Shown here piece after piece: positions 7,028 through 23,419 of a stretch of DNA of 24,000 nt. The position numbers were made by a program, and so were the translations under genes. The DNA is from an uncultured Candidatus Poseidoniales archaeon. Its GTDB lineage: Archaea > Thermoplasmatota > Poseidoniia > Poseidoniales > Thalassarchaeaceae. Every line of letters begins with the position of its first letter. The stretch's first letter is position 1. The DNA lies in contig CAZXVR010000002.1 of NCBI GenBank assembly GCA_964644485.1, positions 1 to 24,000 on the forward strand, in the 5' to 3' direction. Below the pieces are notes generated by a model, which saw only the letters and a list, made by a program, of their open reading frames with translations, was not told where the DNA came from and searched no databases.

Positions 7028-8014
7028 TCACCTCTTGCTCTTACGTGCACGAATTTCGCCGACTTTCTTCTCAATCTCTGAAACTTGTTTCGAGGTCCAA
7101 GGTTCTCCACCAAAATGATCAGCACGAACAGCTATGGCGGCCTTGGCTGCAAGCATTCGGGCGATGGTGCCTCGTGTCCACTTGGGGCTTCGACAAATCC
7201 ATGAGTGCTGAAAAATGTGACCGTGCTTGGGAGAAGGTGTTCCTTGTCGCAGGTGCATGAAGAAGGCTTTCTCTGCGCCTAGAACTTGAATCGTACTCGC
7301 TGGTAGGCGAGCCAATCTTTCTCTTCCATGGGCCGTTGCACAAAGTTTTGCGGAGAGGAGTGGGCCGAGTAACAAGGAAAGTGATGGTAAATGGATTTCA
7401 GATAACTCTCTTACTGATTCTTCCATTCGGTTCACATCTGTGGCCAATTGCATTGTAGAGGTTGCCATTGAATGAATTGCAGACCACTCCTTTGGCCCAA
7501 TCTGGACTTCAGCGGGTATGGTTTCCAATAAATCTCCAACTTCTTGTAGATTTGAAGAATCGGAAATTGTGGATGCGATTCGGCCACGGTTTTGATCGAT
7601 GTCTAGACTTGGGAGGAAAAACCCCGCCCATTCTACGACTCGTGATTCCAATGTATTGTGGACACTGCGCATTTCTTCGGTGGCTTGAACCAAATGCTCG
7701 AGGCGAGAATCGGGGTCTGATGCAGATTCGGACACACCACGTTCTGCGAGTTTGATCGACGCATCCCGCAATAATGCAGATTCATCTGCATCCAATTCTG
7801 GCCAAGTATCCACTTCAACCGAGGGGGTCGCGATGCAATCAAGGAAACGGTCTGCCAATGTTTGAGCTTCAATGGTCATTCGACCTCGCATGAGTAGGGC
7901 CAACCGATCAGCCAAAGCGTCAGGCGTTCGATTTCCGACCCAGATACACTCGTCCACAACACCGCCATTTTCATCATAGACGCGGGCAAATCGCCAATCC
8001 CATACGAGTTTCAC
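7028..8014 (-). CDS. nop5: Nop5 (Nop56/58-family C/D box sRNP core protein)
   Basis: The Nop domain ...GAEKAFFMHLRQGTPSPKHGHIFQHSWI...RGTIARMLAAKAAIAVRADHF... is present, in the conserved nop5-flpA gene order. There is no in-frame ATG near the N-terminus. The candidates are GTG 8014 (MKLVWDWRFARVYDENGG...) or GTG 8104 (the maximal ORF, only 10 nt from the divergent tfs ATG). Confidence 0.9.
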   Translation of the reverse strand: MKLVWDWRFARVYDENGGVVDECIWVGNRTPDALADRLALLMRGRMTIEAQTLADRFLDCIATPSVEVDTWPELDADESALLRDASIKLAERGVSESASDPDSRLEHLVQATEEMRSVHNTLESRVVEWAGFFLPSLDIDQNRGRIASTISDSSNLQEVGDLLETIPAEVQIGPKEWSAIHSMATSTMQLATDVNRMEESVRELSEIHLPSLSLLLGPLLSAKLCATAHGRERLARLPASTIQVLGAEKAFFMHLRQGTPSPKHGHIFQHSWICRSPKWTRGTIARMLAAKAAIAVRADHFGGEPWTSKQVSEIEKKVGEIRARKSKR

Positions 8015-8114
8015 AGTTAACGCAGACCCCTCTCCTTCAAAGTCCGTGCGGAACGTAATATTGGAAAGCCATCGAACCACATGATTCAAGTGCGATGATT
8101 TCACGGCAGGTCAT
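8015..8114. promoter_or_regulatory. Putative bidirectional promoter region between nop5 and tfs, with the palindromic AT-rich box gtAATATTgg (8055-8064)
   Basis: This is the only AT-rich, TATA-like element between the divergent genes, about 45 nt from GTG 8014 and about 55 nt from ATG 8115. The region is intergenic only if nop5 starts at 8014. Confidence 0.3.
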
Positions 8115-8465
8115 ATGTTCTGTCCCGAGTGTGGAACGTTAGCATTCCCAGACCCTACTGGGAAAATCAAATGTCCCAACTATGAGTGTGGATATCATGG
8201 TGCTGCTGAAAACAAAATTCAGATTGGTGATGAGGAGGTTGATATTTCGAAAGCAACCTCTACCAGCAAATCAGAAACAAGAGACCGCAGGGTCATTGAA
8301 GATGCAGATCAAATGCGTGGTGTACTCACAACAAATACTTACATCTGTCCAAAATGTGATTCGGACCAGGTGTTTGCCGAGCTCCAACAAACACGTTCAT
8401 CCGATGAACCAGAGACTAGAATTCTGACCTGTAAGGACTGCACCCATGGATGGCGTGAGTACTGA
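8115..8465 (+). CDS. tfs: Transcription factor S (TFS; TFIIS/RpoM-like transcript cleavage factor)
   Basis: The N-terminal zinc ribbon reads MFCPECG...CPNYEC. The C-terminal TFIIS-type ribbon reads CPKCDSDQVFAELQQTRSSDEPETRILTCKDC and retains the acidic DE hairpin. Length is 116 aa. Confidence 0.92.
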   Translation: MFCPECGTLAFPDPTGKIKCPNYECGYHGAAENKIQIGDEEVDISKATSTSKSETRDRRVIEDADQMRGVLTTNTYICPKCDSDQVFAELQQTRSSDEPETRILTCKDCTHGWREY

Positions 8466-8475
8466 TTTCGCAACA

Positions 8476-8508
8476 AACACCGTAGGTGTTCTGAAGTCAA
8501 CCCTTTTT
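8476..8508 (+). terminator. Hairpin AACACC-gta-GGTGTT followed by a T5 tract downstream of tfs (terminator, or a TATA-like element for pcna)
   Basis: A perfect 6-bp stem with a 3-nt loop lies at 8476-8490, 11 nt after the tfs stop. TTTTT lies at 8504-8508, about 40 nt upstream of the pcna ATG. The role is ambiguous. Confidence 0.3.
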
Positions 8509-8547
8509 AGCCCCCTCTGCTCAGAAGTTGGTGAGTATGGTGTATCC

Positions 8548-9291
8548 ATGTTGAATATCACTGCGAAACAAGACACGATGAGGAACATCGTCGACATTCT
8601 CACAGTTCTTGTTGAGGATGCTAAATTCAAATTTGAAGAGGGACATATTGAGGTTCGAGCCGTTGACGCAATGCATGTAGCGATGGTGCGAATGGAAATC
8701 GATTCCGCCGCCTTTGAAGCGTGGGAATGTGAAGCATGCACGATTGGTTTTGAGTTGAAGAAATTACACGATTTGATTGGTTTGGCAGAGGCCGGCGACC
8801 TCATCGAAATGAACTACGACGAAAATGATGGCCGCGTAAACATCCAAGTTGGAGAAATCAATCGAACCATACGCCCATTGGATCGAGCGACCATGCTTGA
8901 ACCAAAGGTCCCAGAAGTTGACTTGACCAGTTCGGTCAAACTCTCAGCAATCAAGTTCAGTCGGGCGTTGCGTGCCGCAAAACAGGTGGGTGATTTAGCG
9001 ACAATATCACTCAATGCGCAATCCTTCGGAGTCAACGTTAGCGGGGACACGGACACCGTGAACGTCTCTTATGATGCAGGTGAATTGGAAGACTTGGTCT
9101 GCAAAGGTCCCGTCAAGAGCCAATACAGCCTATCTCTACTCTATCCTATGGCCAAGCGGATGGAAGCAATTGTGGATAGTGTTACCTTGTTCTTCAATGA
9201 GAACCACCCGCTTCGATTGGAATTTGATTTTGCTGACGGAGCCGGCCGTTGTGTCTACTTCCTCGCACCAAGAATTGAAGGCGATGCGTGA
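8548..9291 (+). CDS. pcn: DNA polymerase sliding clamp (PCNA)
   Basis: 247 aa counted from ATG 8548 (MLNITAKQDTMRNIVDILTVLVEDAKFKFEEGHIEVRAVDAMHVAMVRMEI...). This is the typical archaeal PCNA N-terminal pattern and length, and GGTGA lies 13 nt upstream. The track ORF from 8446 would overlap tfs and add a non-homologous extension. Confidence 0.9.
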   Translation: MLNITAKQDTMRNIVDILTVLVEDAKFKFEEGHIEVRAVDAMHVAMVRMEIDSAAFEAWECEACTIGFELKKLHDLIGLAEAGDLIEMNYDENDGRVNIQVGEINRTIRPLDRATMLEPKVPEVDLTSSVKLSAIKFSRALRAAKQVGDLATISLNAQSFGVNVSGDTDTVNVSYDAGELEDLVCKGPVKSQYSLSLLYPMAKRMEAIVDSVTLFFNENHPLRLEFDFADGAGRCVYFLAPRIEGDA

Positions 9292-9304
9292 ACCCGCGTA
9301 GAGC

Positions 9305-10402
9305 ATGGCAAGTCCAAAGGTGTGCGTGATTATCCCCACACTTCGCAATGCGGATGAATTGGAAATTGCCTTGGATGGCCTGTCCAAGCAATCTTGGGAT
9401 GGGACATTGGAAATTGCCATTGTAGGGCCCACAGGGGACCCTGGAGAGATTGTGGCCAATGAAAAAGGGGCAACGTGGATCGATGATGAAGGAAGTCGAA
9501 CGCGAGCGGATGCATGCAATGTGGCACTCAAATCAATCGATTGTGATCTTGTACTATTCACCGATGACGATGTTTGGGTCCCAGAAGATTGGGTCTCTAA
9601 TCTGGTTCGTTGGTTTGACAGAGACGAGGTTTCTGGAGTCGGGGGTCCAAATTTTGCCCCTCCCGATCAACGATCGACTTTTTGGCAACGAGTCATCGAT
9701 GTGACATTTTGCTCAAAGTGGGTCACTGCAGGCACCAATTATGGAAATCGAGGGGATGAACTACTGACACCTGCCGCTCAGTTGCCTGGTGTGAATGCAG
9801 CTTATCGAAAATCCGTTCTCGATGAAGTCGGAGGGTTTGATGAAGGGGCGATTGGTTGTGAAGACGCGATGATGGATTACCGTATTGAACAGGCTGGTCA
9901 CCTACTGTGGCAAGATCGAGATGCCATCATGTGGCATCGAAGAAGGGACCCGGGCCGTGTTCGAAAGCAAATACGAAATTACGGACTTGTTCGTATTTTA
10001 GCCAGCCAGATTCATCCTGGGATGAAATCTTGGAGCCATACTGCAGTTGGAATGTTCCCCCTATTGGTACTCGGTGCGCTGGCCGCATTTTTCTATGGAG
10101 CCTGCAATGGTGGATTGTCATGGCCAAATGTATGGGATATATCTCTGGAATCGGTGCCGATGGGACTAGAACGAACGCTGGTACATCTCCCTGTCAGCCT
10201 CGCAGGCCTATACGTGGCGTTATGCTGGTTTGGCGCTGCTCTGGGTACATCTCCCTCACGCAGATTGTCAACCATTTTGTTTGCACCTTTCATGACATTC
10301 TTGATGCATTGGTCATACGGATGGGGCGTATTGACCGCATGGTGGCGAATCTACATTACGAAGAATGCGGGATTGCAAATCGACGACAAAGATCGCTCCT
10401 AA
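9305..10402 (+). CDS. Family 2 glycosyltransferase with a C-terminal membrane domain
   Basis: The GT-A fold signatures are VCVIIPTLRN..., the DxD-like LFTDDDV, and ...GCEDAMMDYRI.... The C-terminal ~120 aa contain several hydrophobic helices. Confidence 0.85.
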   Translation: MASPKVCVIIPTLRNADELEIALDGLSKQSWDGTLEIAIVGPTGDPGEIVANEKGATWIDDEGSRTRADACNVALKSIDCDLVLFTDDDVWVPEDWVSNLVRWFDRDEVSGVGGPNFAPPDQRSTFWQRVIDVTFCSKWVTAGTNYGNRGDELLTPAAQLPGVNAAYRKSVLDEVGGFDEGAIGCEDAMMDYRIEQAGHLLWQDRDAIMWHRRRDPGRVRKQIRNYGLVRILASQIHPGMKSWSHTAVGMFPLLVLGALAAFFYGACNGGLSWPNVWDISLESVPMGLERTLVHLPVSLAGLYVALCWFGAALGTSPSRRLSTILFAPFMTFLMHWSYGWGVLTAWWRIYITKNAGLQIDDKDRS

Positions 10403-11199
10403 TCTCTGCGCATTTTCCCATCTTGAATCGAATACGATGGCGTTTTCGGACGCCACAAGAAAGCGGTCATCAATGAGAAGAAAATCCCTCCAACAGCAAT
10501 ATTGAGCCAACTCTCCGACAGATATCGAGCGCTTGCATTGAAGTATGCCCAGGTGAAACTCGGTAAAATTCCAATCAGTAAAGCGATGATGGTTTCCCTG
10601 ATGATGAGTTCTTTTTGTGGTGGAGCACGCGGCATGTTCAATTCAGCCTCAGGTGCTGTTGAACGAACCAATCTGAACCCCATCTGAGGGCGAGAAACAC
10701 CTCGTGGTGTTGCACCCCTCATGGTACCAGAGCCTTTCCAAACACGAGTTGTATGAGCTGTGTGATCTGAAACACCTCCTGCTCGAACGGGCGATATCCA
10801 AGGACGACCATCACATGGGGCTCCCCAATAACCACTCCGAGGTGGGCGGTCACTCAGAACCTCAACCTGGACGCCACCCAAACCGATGAGTCCCTGCTTT
10901 GCAGCGAGTGCCCATTCCGCCTCAGAAGGTGGGCGGGGGTTGCCCTTGACGCCGATCAATCCAGCCTCAATCATCAATGGTGTCAGGCGGTTCACGGGTT
11001 CTTCGGAATTCTTTCCAGCCACCGCTTGTCCAGTCAATTGTTTCCACTGTGCAAATGTAATCGGCTCTGAACTGATTTCAAATTGATTCTCGATTCGAAT
11101 TTCGTGGTGAGGGCCATTTCCTGCATGAATCAGCGCTCCACGATAATCACCCAACCAAGCAGTTCCAGGTTCAACTTGAATCCAGTCGATTTCAGACAT
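10399..11199 (-). CDS. FGE-sulfatase (SUMF1/formylglycine-generating enzyme-like) domain protein, C-terminally membrane anchored
   Basis: The blocks ...HEIRIENQFEISSEPITFAQWKQL..., ...PPSEAEWALAAKQG... and ...RVWKGSG......MGFRLVRS resemble the FGE-sulfatase domain. There are two C-terminal TM helices. The preferred start is ATG 11199, preceded by GGAGAGGAG; the track start 11217 is TTG. Confidence 0.65.
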   Translation of the reverse strand: MSEIDWIQVEPGTAWLGDYRGALIHAGNGPHHEIRIENQFEISSEPITFAQWKQLTGQAVAGKNSEEPVNRLTPLMIEAGLIGVKGNPRPPSEAEWALAAKQGLIGLGGVQVEVLSDRPPRSGYWGAPCDGRPWISPVRAGGVSDHTAHTTRVWKGSGTMRGATPRGVSRPQMGFRLVRSTAPEAELNMPRAPPQKELIIRETIIALLIGILPSFTWAYFNASARYLSESWLNIAVGGIFFSLMTAFLWRPKTPSYSIQDGKMRRD

Positions 11200-11203
11200 G
11201 GAT

Positions 11204-13081
11204 CTACTCCTCTCCAAGTGCTCCTGTTTGGATTGCCCATTGACTAGAATATACGCCGTTGTTGTCTACAAGTGTATCGTGACTTCCCCTCTCAACAACC
11301 GCTCCGTCAACCATCGATAGAATTTCATCTGCATTTCGGATTGTCGACAAACGGTGGGCGACTGCAATCGTCGTTCGAGTGCCTCCCGTTCCGAGCAAAT
11401 TCGATTGAATCTGGCGTTCTGTTTCAGCGTCCAATGCACTTGAGGCTTCATCGAGAATGAGTAGGCTAGGCGCCTTCAGCATTGCACGTGCTAGAGAAAT
11501 CCTAGCACGTTGTCCACCCGATAGCATCACACCTCGGTCACCTACCAGTGTGTTGATTCCATCCTCCATGGTGGTGACAAACTCCTCAGCACCAGACAAA
11601 CGAAGGGCGGATTCGACTTCTTCTTCATTCGCCTCTCTTGAATAAACCACGTTGTCGCGAATGCTACCATAGAACAAAAACGGATCTTGATTGACGAATC
11701 CCATCTGTTCGCGCACGCTATCCAAAGTTAGATTCTGAATGTTATGACCATTCACCAAAACTTCCCCTGATTCAGGTTCATAGTAGCGTAGAATCAATTT
11801 CAGGATTGTTGATTTTCCAGCACCGGTGTGACCCATAACTCCGAGGAAACCGCCTTGGCCAACATTGAATGAGATTCCATTCAATACAGGTGTATCTGTG
11901 CCCGGATATGTGAAATGAACATCTCGGAATTCAATATTGTCGATTGGGCCCTCAAGGGCTGTTGCACCTTCTTTGTCGACAATGCTTGGTTCTAAATCGA
12001 CCATTGCGAATACGCGACGGGCAGCTGCTTCGCCACGTTGCAGTTGATTGACGAGCATTCCAAAAATGAATAGTGGCATCGAAAGACGGGTCATGATTAG
12101 AAGGAACGTGGTAAAGGCACCCACTGAGATATCGCCCTCTTTCATCAGCCACCCACCGACCGAGACAAGTAGGCCGTAAACAACGCCAGCGACACCGTAT
12201 AGGCCCGGGATGAATCTGTTTCGATCTCGACTGGCGCCAATCGCCTCGTCTCGGTATTCTTCACTCTCATTTGAAACACGAGAAATTTCCCATTCTTGTG
12301 CATTGTATGCTTGAACAACTGCGATTCCGGAAATGACATTTTCAAGGACAGCATTGATTCCACCTGTTGATTCTCTTTGTTTGCGATATTTTCGTTGAAC
12401 GCGAGTTGAGAACAGATACACCATCGGGAAAATGAGAAACAGTGGACCGAAGAGTACTGCTGTCAATTTCCAAGACATCATCATGAGAATCACAAATGCA
12501 GTGATGAATGTGGTGAAAATTCGAATAATGGATGTGGAAGAATCTGATATGACATCCTCCAATTGATTTACGTCAGAAGATAACACTGACATCAAGACGC
12601 CTGTTTGCCTGAGATCGTAATACGATGCTTCCATTCGAATCAAACTCTGGGTCGCATCCAATCTCAAATCATGCTGGACCTTGTACCCCAGTGTTTGCCA
12701 ACAATAATCAGAAACTCCTTGAAAAATTGCCAAACCTGCAAATCCAAGGAAAATCAACACCCCATATGAGATGGCTTGATCGTCGCTGATAAGAATCAAG
12801 AAATTCTCATCGAGAAATGCTCTCAAATCACCTAGGCGGCCACCAGACTTTGCATTACCACTGTAATAATCGACTGCAAATCCGATGAAAATAAATGGCA
12901 CCAAGTCAAAGACTCGAGCAAGCATATTGGTCGAAATTCCAACGGCTGCTCGACGTCGATACGGTCGAACATAAGGAAAAATTCTCCAAATTCTTCGACC
13001 TAGGATTTGTGGGTCGTCGTCGTCTCCATCTTCGGCTGAATTACCGATGGATACGGCATGCCTTCCCTGGGACATTGGCAT
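11204..13081 (-). CDS. ABC exporter, fused permease/ATPase (MsbA/MdlB-type half transporter)
   Basis: An N-terminal six-helix TMD is followed by an NBD with Walker A GHTGAGKST, the signature LSGGQRARISLARA and Walker B LLILDEASSALD. The first ATG is at 13081 (the track start 13105 is TTG). Confidence 0.93.
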   Translation of the reverse strand: MPMSQGRHAVSIGNSAEDGDDDDPQILGRRIWRIFPYVRPYRRRAAVGISTNMLARVFDLVPFIFIGFAVDYYSGNAKSGGRLGDLRAFLDENFLILISDDQAISYGVLIFLGFAGLAIFQGVSDYCWQTLGYKVQHDLRLDATQSLIRMEASYYDLRQTGVLMSVLSSDVNQLEDVISDSSTSIIRIFTTFITAFVILMMMSWKLTAVLFGPLFLIFPMVYLFSTRVQRKYRKQRESTGGINAVLENVISGIAVVQAYNAQEWEISRVSNESEEYRDEAIGASRDRNRFIPGLYGVAGVVYGLLVSVGGWLMKEGDISVGAFTTFLLIMTRLSMPLFIFGMLVNQLQRGEAAARRVFAMVDLEPSIVDKEGATALEGPIDNIEFRDVHFTYPGTDTPVLNGISFNVGQGGFLGVMGHTGAGKSTILKLILRYYEPESGEVLVNGHNIQNLTLDSVREQMGFVNQDPFLFYGSIRDNVVYSREANEEEVESALRLSGAEEFVTTMEDGINTLVGDRGVMLSGGQRARISLARAMLKAPSLLILDEASSALDAETERQIQSNLLGTGGTRTTIAVAHRLSTIRNADEILSMVDGAVVERGSHDTLVDNNGVYSSQWAIQTGALGEE

Positions 13082-13128
13082 CGGCTCAAGGCGGTGGTTT
13101 TTCAATGCGTCAGTCGTCGATTCAGAAG

Positions 13129-13200
13129 TGCGGACGACGGGATTTGAACCCGTGACATGAGGTTGGAAACCTCAGGTGATAACCCCTTCACTACATCCGC
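13129..13200 (-). tRNA. tRNA-Gly (anticodon UCC)
   Basis: It folds by hand into a cloverleaf on the minus strand: acceptor GCGGATG/CGTCCGC (one G-U pair), D arm GTGA-AGGGGTTA-TCAC, anticodon arm TGAGG-TTTCCAA-CCTCA, variable loop TGTC, T arm ACGGG-TTCAAAT-CCCGT, discriminator A. No intron is present and CCA is not encoded. Confidence 0.93.
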
Positions 13201-13272
13201 GGCGTATTGACCGGGGCCGCGCCTCAGTCTTATCCAATTCGGTCCGCCCACTCCCGCAAATTCAAGGGGTGT

Positions 13273-13470
13273 ATGCTATCGACACCCACCATGCACTGGG
13301 CTCGGAAGGTTGGAATCGGAATGTGTTTCATTTTCATGCCGGCAGTTGCACCACTGTGGGCTTTGGCGTTCGATGTCGAGGTGGAAACGATGATTCGCAT
13401 ACTCACTGTGCTCTTTGTCCCAGGGCTTCTCCTCGCCCTGGGTGGTAGATCTATCGAGTCCGAAGAGTGA
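13273..13470 (+). CDS. Possible small membrane protein (65 aa), hypothetical
   Basis: The ORF has two hydrophobic stretches (VGIGMCFIFMPAVAPLWALAF, ILTVLFVPGLLLALGG). I recognised no homology. Its stop abuts the convergent PPTase stop with zero spacing. It could be non-coding. Confidence 0.3.
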   Translation: MLSTPTMHWARKVGIGMCFIFMPAVAPLWALAFDVEVETMIRILTVLFVPGLLLALGGRSIESEE

Positions 13471-14232
13471 CTACACCGCTTCGATTAATCTCGAAAATCC
13501 AAAGCTAAATGGGCGACCATCTAGTAATTCTCGCCAATGATGAATTTCAAGGCGAAAGCCGTGACCATCATGCGAGAGAACAACCTCTTCACAATTCAGG
13601 ACTGAGAATGATTGGGGTGCGACATGCATCCCCAGCCCACAAGCCTTCTGTGTCGCCTCCTTGACGACCCACGTGCGAGTCGCTTCTTGCATGCCCATCC
13701 CTGAATCAATATCCCACAATTGCTCTAGATACTGGAGCTCTTCACCAGAGGTCATCATCGTCAACAGGTTCCTCGCGCGGGGAACGCCGAGAGGCTCGGC
13801 ATCTATTCCAATCGAACTTCCATTGAGAGACACTGCAGCAATCGACACGCCATTTGAATGGCCAAGTGTAATCTCTGGCAACTGTGGACTCAGAGGGCCG
13901 CCTGCACGAATTCTGGCTTCGGCGTTTTTCCATACCAAGCTGGGCTTTCGATGCTCATCGCGTACGATTTGAAGATCAAAAGGGTCGAAGCCAATATCTC
14001 TGAGGAGGGTGGCCAGAGCGTAACGAGCGGATGCATGCTCATGCGCGCGTTTCGCTGTGACAAAGGTCGAGGCCTCAAACGCATCAACCAATGGCACATT
14101 GGTCAATACCGGAATCGGATCGTCAGGGCGGTGGTTGGCAACTGGCATCCATACTGCAATCACCTCATCCACCCCACAAGCATCGGGTAAAGGAAGAGGC
14201 GATACCAAACCGAAAGGGCTCCACAATTCCAT
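13471..14232 (-). CDS. 4'-phosphopantetheinyl transferase, Sfp type
   Basis: 253 aa, the two-domain Sfp size. Motifs are ...IGIDAEP... (GxDxE) and ...TWVVKEATQKACG... (W-x-x-KE-A-x-x-K). The RBS is GAGG with a 7-nt spacer before ATG 14232. It lies 37 nt downstream of the megasynthase. Confidence 0.88.
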   Translation of the reverse strand: MELWSPFGLVSPLPLPDACGVDEVIAVWMPVANHRPDDPIPVLTNVPLVDAFEASTFVTAKRAHEHASARYALATLLRDIGFDPFDLQIVRDEHRKPSLVWKNAEARIRAGGPLSPQLPEITLGHSNGVSIAAVSLNGSSIGIDAEPLGVPRARNLLTMMTSGEELQYLEQLWDIDSGMGMQEATRTWVVKEATQKACGLGMHVAPQSFSVLNCEEVVLSHDGHGFRLEIHHWRELLDGRPFSFGFSRLIEAV

Positions 14233-14269
14233 GATAATTCCTCAATTGGAAAATTGATTTTTCAATTGA

Positions 14270-22531
<8,262 letters not shown>

Positions 22532-22540
22532 TTTCTCGCC

Positions 22541-23332
22541 TCAGTCACTGATGCTATCGGGTACCATCGTGCTAGAAAAACCAGCATCGACGTGAATGAT
22601 TTGTCCGGTCACGCCGGAACCGAGCGGGCTGGAGAGCCAAACCGCACAGCCTGCAACATCGTCTTGATTCACGTTGCGTCGAAGTGGAGAATTGCGTTCC
22701 ACATGATTCAGAATGTCATCGAACCCCGGAATACCACTCGCAGCCAAAGTTCGGATTGGGCCTGAAGAAATCGCATTGACGCGATGCCCATCTTCACCGA
22801 CTCGCATGGCCAATTCACGAACCCATGCTTCCAATGCAGCCTTAGCGATACTCATGACACCGTAGTTTGGAACATAGCGAGTACTAGCGGCATAAGTCAG
22901 GGTGATGGTGGATGAATTTGGAGCGAGATGGGGTAATGCATGACGCATGATTCGTTGTAATGAATGTGCAGAAATTGTCATCGCAGTATTGAGGGGTTCA
23001 TCTTCCACGAACAGCATGTGACGATCAAAACATTCTCGCGGTGCAAACCCAATGGCATGGATGACGATATCTGCCTTGGCACCCGGCGACACCTTTTGCC
23101 ACTCATGGAAAAATTCAGCAGTGGTCTCCTCAGCACCTACATCGATTGGATAGAAGGCTTCAATGGCCTCGAGTTTGTCCTTCAGTTGGAATACTCGGCT
23201 CATGAATCTCTTCTGATATCCTAGAATCAGTTTGCAACCAGCCTCTGCCAATCGATTGCAAATTGCCCAGGCGATGGAATCCTCGGAGGCGACTCCAAAC
23301 ACCAGTGCTGTCTTCCCTTCAAGTTGCAACAT
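22541..23332 (-). CDS. fabI: Enoyl-[acyl-carrier-protein] reductase, FabI type (SDR)
   Basis: MLQLEGKTALVFGVASEDSIAWAICNRLAEAGCKLILGY..., the catalytic Y-x6-K region YGVMSIAKAALEAWVRELA, and ...NAISSGPIRTLAASGI.... ATG 23332 is preferred (the track start 23341 is GTG). Its stop TGA (22543-22541) lies 9 nt before the megasynthase start. Confidence 0.92.
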   Translation of the reverse strand: MLQLEGKTALVFGVASEDSIAWAICNRLAEAGCKLILGYQKRFMSRVFQLKDKLEAIEAFYPIDVGAEETTAEFFHEWQKVSPGAKADIVIHAIGFAPRECFDRHMLFVEDEPLNTAMTISAHSLQRIMRHALPHLAPNSSTITLTYAASTRYVPNYGVMSIAKAALEAWVRELAMRVGEDGHRVNAISSGPIRTLAASGIPGFDDILNHVERNSPLRRNVNQDDVAGCAVWLSSPLGSGVTGQIIHVDAGFSSTMVPDSISD

Positions 23333-23344
23333 GGAAACCACTCT

Positions 23345-23417
23345 CAGCCCTTCGGGCTGTTGGCCTCGACAGCAGACGGGTTTTGAGGGTGCCCCTCAGA
23401 AGTGACCCTACGGGTCA
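23345..23417 (-). promoter_or_regulatory. Leader/operator region upstream of fabI with three perfect 6-bp/3-nt-spacer palindromes
   Basis: CAGCCC-ttc-GGGCTG (23345-23359), TGAGGG-tgc-CCCTCA (23384-23398) and TGACCC-tac-GGGTCA (23403-23417), all within the 87-nt space between the upstream stop (23420-23422) and the fabI ATG. Confidence 0.4.
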
Positions 23418-23419
23418 AT

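Noticed and set aside
6602-7081. 159-aa plus-strand ORF antisense to flpA. The same applies to the other shadow or alternate-frame ORFs at 8397-8804, 9136-9561, 9907-10476, 1492-2323, 13661-14190 and 22157-22595.
   Set aside because: All lie opposite to, or out of frame within, genes with clear family motifs. None shows motifs or a plausible composition of its own.
7024-7125. N-terminal extension of the fibrillarin ORF (track start 7125)
   Set aside because: It would overlap the nop5 3' end by about 100 nt and add non-homologous basic residues. ATG 7023, 4 nt after the nop5 stop, gives a typical 222-aa fibrillarin.
8446-8547. N-terminal extension of the PCNA ORF overlapping the tfs 3' end
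   Set aside because: The extension has no PCNA homology. ATG 8548 gives a canonical 247-aa PCNA with a GGTGA RBS. The extension spans a hairpin and T-tract that look intergenic.
13129-13200. tRNA-Gly as the integration site or boundary of a genomic island carrying the megasynthase operon
   Set aside because: The tRNA 3' end, the usual att site, faces the ABC transporter rather than the PKS cluster. I found no partial tRNA direct repeat elsewhere in the window and no integrase. The right-hand boundary is outside the window, so this is not fully excluded.
13176-13448. 90-aa plus-strand ORF overlapping the tRNA-Gly gene
   Set aside because: It starts inside the tRNA on the opposite strand and has an Arg/Cys/Gly-rich, non-protein-like composition. 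The alternative frame (13273-13470) is retained only at low confidence.
22541-22543. In-frame TGA between fabI and the megasynthase as a selenocysteine or programmed recoding site
   Set aside because: There is no obvious SECIS-like structure nearby. A well-placed GAGG RBS plus a TTG start explains the arrangement more simply. It is kept only as a low-probability readthrough possibility in the findings.
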